From: Candidatus Aldehydirespiratoraceae bacterium
Lineage (GTDB): Bacteria > Actinomycetota > Acidimicrobiia > Acidimicrobiales > Aldehydirespiratoraceae
DNA: 64,000 nucleotides
Reading direction: 5' to 3'
NCBI GenBank assembly: GCA_965221635.1
Contig: OZ244902.1
Location: 479,957-543,956, forward strand
The position numbers were made by a program, and so were the translations under genes. This document shows, piece by piece, positions 9,221 through 16,619 of the stretch. How positions within the stretch are numbered: the first letter of the stretch is position 1; each line of letters opens with the position of its first letter. The notes under the pieces are model-generated. The model saw only the letters and a list, made by a program, of their open reading frames with translations. It had not been told where the DNA came from and made no database searches.

Positions 9221-9724
9221 ATGATCAACCACAAGTCCCGCCCCCGGCGGGCAACCACCAGACGCCTGCTCCCCCGCATGGCAGCGATGCTCACCCTTGC
9301 AGGCGTTGCCCTCGGGGTGGTGGCGCTAAACCCATCGGTGGCCGCGGCCCACGACCGCGGCGACCACACCGACCAGACCCGCCTCGGGGGTTCGGAGCGT
9401 CATGCCACATTGGCCGGGTTGCTCGGCATGGAAGTTGACGACCTTCGGGAGGCTCTGAGGTCGGGGCAGACAGCAGCAGAGCTGGCCGAAGCCAACGGCG
9501 TGGAACTCCAAACCATCATCGACGCACTTGTGGCCGACATCACCGACAGGGTCAACACCGCCCTGGCCGACGGAACCATCACCAGCGACAAAGCCGGCGA
9601 CATTCTCGACAACGTCACCGAAAGAGTCACCCAGCGACTCAACGGCGAACACAGCCACACCGACGGCCACAAGTCGGGGCGCTCACATCGTGGGGCTCGT
9701 GGAGGCCACCGCGGGCTTCGCTAG
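9221..9724 (+). CDS. secreted hypothetical protein (possible Tat signal)
   Basis: 167 aa. The signal-like N-terminus RRATTRRLLPRMAAMLTLAGVALGVVAL..AAA is followed by a helical acidic domain and a His/Arg-rich tail. Confidence 0.5.
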   Translation: MINHKSRPRRATTRRLLPRMAAMLTLAGVALGVVALNPSVAAAHDRGDHTDQTRLGGSERHATLAGLLGMEVDDLREALRSGQTAAELAEANGVELQTIIDALVADITDRVNTALADGTITSDKAGDILDNVTERVTQRLNGEHSHTDGHKSGRSHRGARGGHRGLR

Positions 9725-9858
9725 GTCGGCGTGACGGCCTGAACCGGAGGCGACCACTCCCCCAACGTGCGTCGCCGGCCGGGCCGGCAAACCTCCTCCC
9801 GGTGCCGGGGTCCCTGTGGCCCCGGCACTTGCCGTTGTGGGGTCGTGATGGGTTGGGG

Positions 9859-10230
9859 CTACGCCGAGGCGCGTGGGAAGCGGTGGGCCTTGAGGTCGTC
9901 GAGGCTTGCCCATTCCAGGGTGGCGGCGTGGGTGGCTTCCAGCACCACTTGTGGGGCCATGCCGGCGTCGAGTGCCTCCGCCCACCGTGGTGCGCACAGG
10001 CACCACTGATCTCCCGGTGACAGTCCGTCGAAACCAACCTCGGGGCGTGGTGTGGACAGGTCGTTGCCCATCGAGGCCGAGAACTCGAGAAACTCGGCGG
10101 TCATCACCGCGCACACGGTGTGTACTCCGTAGTCGCCCGAGTTGGTGTTGCAGCAGCCGTCACGGAACCAGCCGGTGAGCGGGTCGAACGAGCAGGGTTG
10201 CAGATCGTCGCCGAGAACGTTCTTGGCCAC
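9859..10230 (-). CDS. DUF2237-family protein
   Basis: NVLGDDLQPCSFDPLTGWFRDGCCNT...GVHTVCAVMTAEFLEF...WCLCAPRW matches the Cys-rich DUF2237 pattern. Start placed at GTG 10230; the ORF extends to 10305. Confidence 0.7.
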   Translation of the reverse strand: MAKNVLGDDLQPCSFDPLTGWFRDGCCNTNSGDYGVHTVCAVMTAEFLEFSASMGNDLSTPRPEVGFDGLSPGDQWCLCAPRWAEALDAGMAPQVVLEATHAATLEWASLDDLKAHRFPRASA

Positions 10231-10322
10231 GTCGTCAGTATCGCACACCCGAACAGCGGCGCCGGACAACCCACACGGCGTTGCGGGACAACCCGCACGA
10301 ACCACCGATGTAGCGTTGACCG

Positions 10323-11285
10323 ATGCCTTCGGCGGCTGATCACGTGAAGCCCACCACCATCCCCCGTGACGATGCCGTGGCTTTGACTGCTTACCGGGGC
10401 GCCGACCTCACCCAACGAGAGGCGATCGAGGAGAGCCTGGAGATCGTGGAGAGTGTCCTCGAGGTGATGGAGGACGTCGAGCAGGCCGAAGCCCTGGTGC
10501 AGATGCTCTCGAAGCTGCTGCGCCCCAGGATCGAACCGTCATCTGATCCGGGATCGCCGGCGAACGGGCCGAAGGGCGCCGTGGCCGATTCGCCAGGCTC
10601 CGAGGATGGCCCGCATCAACACCACCAAGCATGTGTGTGGCAGTTCCCCGACCCTGCCGAGGCCGAGGAATCCGAGAATCTCCTGGCCGCGGGAGGCGAT
10701 CTCGAAGTTGCGACCCTGCTTCACGCCTACGAGCGCGGCCTGTATCCGATGCCGCTGCAACCCGGCGGGCTGATCGGATGGTGGTCACCCAATCCCCGTG
10801 CGATCCTGGAGGTGGGCTCTGTGGTCATGCATCGTTCGCTGCGCAAGTCGATGCGACGCCACGAGATCCGGGTGGACACCTGCTTCGACGCCGTGATGGA
10901 GGCGTGCGCCGACCCGGCACGGCCCCATGGTTGGATCGACATCCCCATGCGCGAGGCGTATTCGGAGTTGCATCAGGCCGGTCATGCCCACAGCGTGGAG
11001 GCTTGGCGCCACGGCGAACTGCAAGGCGGCCTGTACGGGGTGTGCATGGGTGGACTCTTCGCGGGCGAGTCGATGTTCCACCGGGGTCGGGACGCCTCCA
11101 AGGTGGCGTTGGCCGCGCTGGCCGAGGGCCTCAACGACGGTCATCCACGCCTGATCGACGCCCAGCAGCAAAGCGATCATCTGCGTTCGATGGGGGTCAC
11201 CACGATTGCGCGCGGCGACTACCTGCAGCGGCTTCGCCAGGTGCTCCACTCCCCCAAACCCGAGTTCCTCACCACCCGGCGGTAG
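10323..11285 (+). CDS. aat: leucyl/phenylalanyl-tRNA--protein transferase
   Basis: The C-terminal ~215 aa carry FPDP..LLAAGGDL..LLHAYERGLYPMP...WWSPNPR...GGLYGVCMGGLFAGESMF. The catalytic core could start at GTG 10635. The longer ORF adds ~104 acidic residues. Confidence 0.8.
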   Translation: MPSAADHVKPTTIPRDDAVALTAYRGADLTQREAIEESLEIVESVLEVMEDVEQAEALVQMLSKLLRPRIEPSSDPGSPANGPKGAVADSPGSEDGPHQHHQACVWQFPDPAEAEESENLLAAGGDLEVATLLHAYERGLYPMPLQPGGLIGWWSPNPRAILEVGSVVMHRSLRKSMRRHEIRVDTCFDAVMEACADPARPHGWIDIPMREAYSELHQAGHAHSVEAWRHGELQGGLYGVCMGGLFAGESMFHRGRDASKVALAALAEGLNDGHPRLIDAQQQSDHLRSMGVTTIARGDYLQRLRQVLHSPKPEFLTTRR

Positions 11286-11326
11286 GCAGCCGCCCGGAGG
11301 TCAACACAGGCCAAGGCAAACCCAGG

Positions 11327-11387
11327 CCCTGCCGGGGATCAGGCCCTGTTGGATCAGGCCCCGTAGGTCAACCCGGGCCCGGCAGGG
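11327..11387. terminator. inverted repeat between convergent aat and accE (possible bidirectional terminator)
   Basis: CCCTGCCGGG (11327-11336) is the exact reverse complement of CCCGGCAGGG (11378-11387). The 41-nt loop contains two GGATCAGGCCC direct repeats. No U-tract. Confidence 0.3.
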
Positions 11388-11627
11388 TCAGGCCCAGCCG
11401 CCGTAGCCGGGGCGGTGATGCCATGGCCGCCCCGAGTAGCGCCACCGGGTGGGTTGGGCGGGCGCCATGTCCGAGGCGTGGTCCTCGGGCCAGAGCGCCT
11501 CGTAGGCGGCCACGATTGCGGCCCGCTCCGCTTCGGTGGCCTCCGGGGTGATCGCCGCGACCCGCACCGAGGACTGCGCCGCCGCGTCGAGCGAGGTCTC
11601 GATCACCGCAGCGGCGCTCAGATTCAC
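11388..11627 (-). CDS. accE: acyl-CoA carboxylase epsilon subunit
   Basis: 79-aa Ala-rich ORF ending in ...PTRWRYSGRPWHHRPGYGGWA. It overlaps the stop of the upstream carboxyltransferase by 4 nt, which is the typical AccD5-AccE arrangement. Confidence 0.6.
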   Translation of the reverse strand: MNLSAAAVIETSLDAAAQSSVRVAAITPEATEAERAAIVAAYEALWPEDHASDMAPAQPTRWRYSGRPWHHRPGYGGWA

Positions 11628-13189
11628 AGCGGCACGTTGGCGTGTTTGCGCTGTGGGATCTCCTCACGTTTGGAGTCCAGCATGCGCAGCCCGGCCACCA
11701 CCTTGCGCCTGGTTTCGGAGGGTTCGATCACCTCGTCCACGAAACCACGCTCAGCCGCGATGTAGGGATTCGCCAGGCGCTGCGTGTAGTCCTCCACCAG
11801 TTCCTGGCGACGAGCGGCCGGGTCGTCCGCTTCGGACAGTTCGGCTCGGTGAATGATCTCCACCGCACCCTGAGGGCCCATCACCGCTATCTCGGCGGTG
11901 GGCCAGGCGTAGCACAGGTCCGAGCCCACGCCCTTTGAGTCCATCACCACGTACGCCCCGCCGTAGGCCTTGCGGGTGATCACCGAAATGCGTGGCACGG
12001 TCGCCTCGCAGTAGGCGTACAGCAGCTTGGCACCGTGGCGGATGATGCCGCCGTGTTCCTGATCCACACCTGGCAGGAAGCCGGGCACGTCCACGAAGGT
12101 CACCAACGGAACGTTGAAGGCGTCGCAGGTGCGCACGAAACGGGCGGCCTTCTCCGCGGAGTCGATGTCGAGCACCCCGGCGAGCACCATTGGTTGGTTG
12201 CCCACCATCCCCACCGTGCGACCGTCCACCCTCGCGAAACCGCACACGATGCTCGTGGCCCAATGGGCGTGATACTCGAAGAAGTCGCCGTCGTCGGCCA
12301 CTTCGGTGATCACCGCCTTCATGTCATAGGGCACGTTGGGGCTCTCGGGCAGCAACGTGTCGAGCGACTCACACAGCCGGTGCGGGTCATCGGTGGACTT
12401 GTACACGGGTGGCTGTTCGAGGTTGTTCGACGGAAGGAACGACAGCAGCGTCTTCACGTCGTCGAGGGTGTCGTGTTCGCTGTTGGCCACAAAGGTCGCC
12501 ACGCCGGACTTGGTGCTGTGGCTGGTGGCGCCGCCCAGATCCTCCAGCGACACCTCCTCGCCGGTCACGGTCTTCACCACATCGGGGCCGGTGATGAACA
12601 TGTGCGACTTCTCGCGCACCATGAAAATGAAATCGGTCATCGCCGGGCTGTACACCGCCCCACCCGCGCACGGGCCCAAAATCACCGAGATCTGCGGAAT
12701 CACGCCCGACGCGGCCACGTTGCGGAAGAAGATCCCGCCGTAGCCGTCGAGGGACACGACGCCTTCCTGGATGCGAGCCCCGGCGCCGTCATTGAGGCCG
12801 ATCATCGGCGCACCGGTGGACAACGCCAGATCCATCACCTTGTGCAGCTTCTCGGCGAACACCTCGCCCAGCGCCCCGCCCATCACCGTGAAGTCCTGGG
12901 CGAACACGAACACCTTGCGCCCGTCGATGGTGCCCCAGCCGGTGATCACACCGTCGGTGTAGGGGCGGTCGGCGAGGTTGGCGGTGTGCGCCCGGTGGCG
13001 GGCGAGCATGTCGAGTTCGTGGAAGGAGTGGTCGTCGAGCAGGTAGTCGATGCGCTCCCTTGCGAGGAGCTTCCCCTTTTGGTGCTGGCGGTTCACTGCC
13101 CGCTCGGGGCCGGCTTGTTCGGCCTGGGCCTTTCGTTGCCTCAGGTCTTCGAGTTTTTCCTGCATGGAGGGGCCGGTCACGGCCCGCAA
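11624..13189 (-). CDS. pccB: propionyl-CoA / acyl-CoA carboxylase carboxyltransferase (beta) subunit
   Basis: 521 aa, full-length carboxyltransferase. Motifs include ...GGALGEVFAEKLHKVMDLA...GPCAGGAVYSPAMTDF... and ...AYGGAYVVMDSKGVGSDLCYAWPTAEIAVMGP.... Confidence 0.9.
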   Translation of the reverse strand: MRAVTGPSMQEKLEDLRQRKAQAEQAGPERAVNRQHQKGKLLARERIDYLLDDHSFHELDMLARHRAHTANLADRPYTDGVITGWGTIDGRKVFVFAQDFTVMGGALGEVFAEKLHKVMDLALSTGAPMIGLNDGAGARIQEGVVSLDGYGGIFFRNVAASGVIPQISVILGPCAGGAVYSPAMTDFIFMVREKSHMFITGPDVVKTVTGEEVSLEDLGGATSHSTKSGVATFVANSEHDTLDDVKTLLSFLPSNNLEQPPVYKSTDDPHRLCESLDTLLPESPNVPYDMKAVITEVADDGDFFEYHAHWATSIVCGFARVDGRTVGMVGNQPMVLAGVLDIDSAEKAARFVRTCDAFNVPLVTFVDVPGFLPGVDQEHGGIIRHGAKLLYAYCEATVPRISVITRKAYGGAYVVMDSKGVGSDLCYAWPTAEIAVMGPQGAVEIIHRAELSEADDPAARRQELVEDYTQRLANPYIAAERGFVDEVIEPSETRRKVVAGLRMLDSKREEIPQRKHANVPL

Positions 13190-13404
13190 GGCTACCCGTA
13201 AGGCTTCTCCCGGGCGCTCGTGGACGTGTGCTCGCTGGGCTTTGGGGGCCCTCGCGAGCGCTCGCTCACATCAACGGATCGCGCCACTCACACCCCTGCT
13301 CACACCGGCGCAAGGCCAGACCTGGACTCTCACTCACAACGCCGACGGCGCGACTTCTACCCTCGCTCACATCGGGACGGCGCGATTTGGACCGTTGCTA
13401 ACAC

Positions 13405-13497
13405 CGGCGGGCGGGGCCTGACCGTTGGCCGTTTCCGGAACGGCTTCACTTCGTTGCAGATTGTTCCGCAAGCCGGCCAACGGCCACCCGCCCGCCT
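13405..13497. repeat. 93-nt extended-hairpin element, copy 1 (inverted relative to copy 2 at 48368-48460)
   Basis: CCGGCGGGCGGGGCC...GGCCACCCGCCCGCC forms a long imperfect palindrome. Its reverse complement matches 48368-48460 at all but 6 positions (hand alignment). Confidence 0.8.
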
Positions 13498-14169
13498 ACA
13501 CGCGCACATTGCCACCGATCCGCATCGGGCCACTGGTCGCCAGGACGGCCAAACGCTACGTCGGCACGCTTGCCCAGCGCTGAGAGCCCTGTTCGCAGTC
13601 GGCCATGTCACCAGCGGTCGACCTTTCCGCCCGGGTGGCACAAGGCTCGTGCCGGTACGCCACCGGGTGAATCAGCATGGTCACCGGAGGCTGCCGCGTG
13701 TTGTGCTGGCCCGCTGGTTTGGGAGGGACTACGGTGGTGGCGATGTTGAGGGTCTGGACGTGTCATTTGGTGGCGGGGTTGGTGTTTGTGGCTGAGTGTG
13801 TGTTGGTTTCGGCGGTTGGGGCAGATGATGGTTCGGACGATGTGGATGGTGTTGGGGTGTTGATGGCGAGCATGGTGCGGCCTTAGGCGCAGGATCCGAG
13901 CTTGGGCACGGCGATAGGTGGCGATGCGATGGTGAGACTGGAGTGGCCACCGTGGAGGGATCCAGCGTGGGACACAACTGTGTTGGGGCTTTGGTTGTGG
14001 GACCCAAGAAGGACCGGTGTGTTCCTAAGCTGAGGAGATTGATTCGTGAAGGCAGAGATGTGACTCCGTGGGAAGGTACTGCCCGGCTTAGCGAAGCCAA
14101 ATGCCGAAAGTTGTTCCCTGGTTTGACGGGATGGATTCCCGGCTGAGGGTGGAGCTGAGGAGCGTTTTC

Positions 14170-16299
14170 ATGGGGCGTGCTTGTGATTTTGAATACCGCT
14201 TTAGAGTGTACATCAGATTTGGTAAGGTTACTGTCACTGACGCTGCATATTCAATCGAGGGCCGTGAGTGGGTCGGGTGGGATTGGCGGCCTGATGTGCC
14301 GGTGAATTGGGTTGGTTCAGGGCACTTGGGAAGATTGGATCCAGGCGTGCTGGGCAAAGTGATTTTGGGACATGCGGTGCCCCGATTGGCGTTTTATGGG
14401 TTCTCGTGGATTGTGCCTCGTGAATTAAACTCGAAGGCATTGGATGTTCCGAATCTTGGGAACTTGTCGCGTACGAGTGCAGATGTGTTCATGACGTCGG
14501 ATGGGTTGGAAGCGCGGTTCAGTTTCATGCACAACCCTTGCATGCCACACCAGTCCCACGATTTCTCGATCTTGTTGGATTCTTGCCTTTCGCCGCTTCT
14601 GGAGGGTGACCCTGATGGTGCAATTGCCGAGTTGGGTCCATTTCTTGTGGCTCCATGGGGTGATCCGGAGCTGTTGGGGCATTGTGTGCTGAAGGTGTTC
14701 GAGATGGCAGGGCCACCTGTGGGTAAGGGGATGCCCGGGTCGGTGTTCGAATCGTTGCCTCCCAAAGGCCGCATAGGGATCCACAAGGCGGCGCTGAGCG
14801 GTGATCTGGGCCTTTTACCGGCACGTCCGCGACGTGTTGATCCCCCTGACAAGGAAGGGACCACGCCGTTGATGCTGGCCTCGGGTGCTGGGCACGCGCC
14901 AATGGTGAGGCGGTTGCTTGAAATGGGCGCTGATCTGCTTGTGGAGGACGGGCAGGGAAGAGCGGCGTTGCACCATGCCGCAGGGTCGGGAAGTGTTGGC
15001 GTGGTGGGGTTGCTGGTCGGAGCTCGTGCCGACGTGTCTGCGGGTGACATGGTTGGTGAGACCGCGTTGCATGTGGCTGCATCGCGAGGCGATGTGGACG
15101 TGGTTCGATGCCTCGTTGCCGCGGGCGCCGATCTCAACGCGAGTGATGCGCTGTACGGGTCGACGCCGTTGCATCGCGCTGCGCGCGGGGATCACGCCGG
15201 GGTCATCGAGGTGCTGCTGGACGCGGGGGCTGCTGTGGATGCTCGCAACGAGGCCGGTCGCACACCGTTGCATGTGGCAGCAGGATTCGCCGGCGCCGAG
15301 GCCCTCGGGGTGCTGCTGGACGCTGGTGCCGATGTGAAGGCCACCGATGATCGGTCGGAGACGGCGTTGCACCGGCCGGTGTTCTTTCAGCACATGCGCA
15401 TCATCGAAATGTTGCTCGCGCATGGCTTGGATGTGGCTGCGGCTGATGTTGAGGGCAACACTGCGCTACATGTTGCCGGGTTGATGAACCGCTCCCAAGC
15501 CGCAGAAACGTTGCTTGCCGCAGGTGCGGATCCCGAAGCGCTCAATATGGAAGGACTGACCGCGTTGGATTTGGCGATCGTCAACTATCACGTTGACACC
15601 ATCAGTTATGGCCCGGAGCACAACGCGGAGGTGGCAGATGTTCTGTTGGCCCATGGTGCAACGATCTCAGCGATGCGGATTCCCGTGTCAGACCGGCACC
15701 CGTTGTGGCCCCATCTCACCCCACGAAAGCTGCTGCGTCGAGGCACCGGTGACATCAACTACTACAGGCTGCCCGACATGCCCAAAGTCATGCGCCAAAG
15801 GCTCCCACCTCGAGGCGACGAGAATTATCCTGCTGTGTGTTACACCATCGGCGTGCCCACCCTGCTGCACGACGCCGTAGCCAAGAACCTGCGCAGAGTG
15901 GTGGAGGCTCTACTCGACAGCGGCGCATCACCAATGACTGCTTTGCGCGATTCGCGAGATGGCACTCCGCTGCACGTGGCGGTACGCACCGGCAACGTCG
16001 ACATGGCCAAACTACTGTTGGACCGAGGCGCGGACGTCAACATGACCATTGCCAACACCTCTGAACCACAAGACGACGACCACCACATGAGCCTGACTCC
16101 GCTGCTTATGGCGGCACAGGACAATAATCTCGAAATGGCGACGCTCCTGTTGAACCACGGAGCCAACGTCAACTGCCACACTGCGCGCCTCGACCATTCG
16201 CCATGGACACCAACGGAGTACGCCGAGCCCGGAACCGAACTGCACGATCTGTTGAGATCCAAAGGCGGCAAAACAGCCGAAGAACTCAACCTCAAATAA
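14170..16299 (+). CDS. ankyrin-repeat protein, paralog 1, with uncharacterised ~230-aa N-terminal domain
   Basis: Start re-picked at ATG 14170 (MGRACDF...) to match the paralog N-termini (709 aa). Repeated G.TPLH.AA..GH..VV..LL..GAD units. No signal peptide or TM. Confidence 0.85.
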   Translation: MGRACDFEYRFRVYIRFGKVTVTDAAYSIEGREWVGWDWRPDVPVNWVGSGHLGRLDPGVLGKVILGHAVPRLAFYGFSWIVPRELNSKALDVPNLGNLSRTSADVFMTSDGLEARFSFMHNPCMPHQSHDFSILLDSCLSPLLEGDPDGAIAELGPFLVAPWGDPELLGHCVLKVFEMAGPPVGKGMPGSVFESLPPKGRIGIHKAALSGDLGLLPARPRRVDPPDKEGTTPLMLASGAGHAPMVRRLLEMGADLLVEDGQGRAALHHAAGSGSVGVVGLLVGARADVSAGDMVGETALHVAASRGDVDVVRCLVAAGADLNASDALYGSTPLHRAARGDHAGVIEVLLDAGAAVDARNEAGRTPLHVAAGFAGAEALGVLLDAGADVKATDDRSETALHRPVFFQHMRIIEMLLAHGLDVAAADVEGNTALHVAGLMNRSQAAETLLAAGADPEALNMEGLTALDLAIVNYHVDTISYGPEHNAEVADVLLAHGATISAMRIPVSDRHPLWPHLTPRKLLRRGTGDINYYRLPDMPKVMRQRLPPRGDENYPAVCYTIGVPTLLHDAVAKNLRRVVEALLDSGASPMTALRDSRDGTPLHVAVRTGNVDMAKLLLDRGADVNMTIANTSEPQDDDHHMSLTPLLMAAQDNNLEMATLLLNHGANVNCHTARLDHSPWTPTEYAEPGTELHDLLRSKGGKTAEELNLK

Positions 16300-16619
16300 G
16301 TCCACCGCTTTCCTTAGAGATCGAAGTGACTCCTCTTCGGTCTGTGCGACCACCGACAGCGCTTCCCCGGCCATCACAACTTGGCACAATCCAGCTAATG
16401 ATTACCCGACACAATTGGGGATAGAGTCAAAACCCACGGAAACCCGAGAAGCAGAGAATCGGGAGATGACATGCCCTCAGCACATGCGACCAACGGCGGA
16501 TGAACCAAATGCCAGAAAATGTTCGCCGCGATGACGTGTAGCCATGTCTGGTCATGCGAAATCTATGGGGAAGCTGCGGCGGCGCGGGCGGTGAGCATGA
16601 GAATTCTGGGGTGACTCAG

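Noticed and set aside
13220-14100. ORFs 13220-13795 (+), 13357-13641 (-), 13677-13886 (+) and 13729-14100 (-)
   Set aside because: They have low-complexity Pro/Thr/His/Arg or Gly/Val composition and read across the tandem repeats and the hairpin element. The similar peptide seen at 48178-48465 is explained by the DNA repeat, not by a conserved protein.
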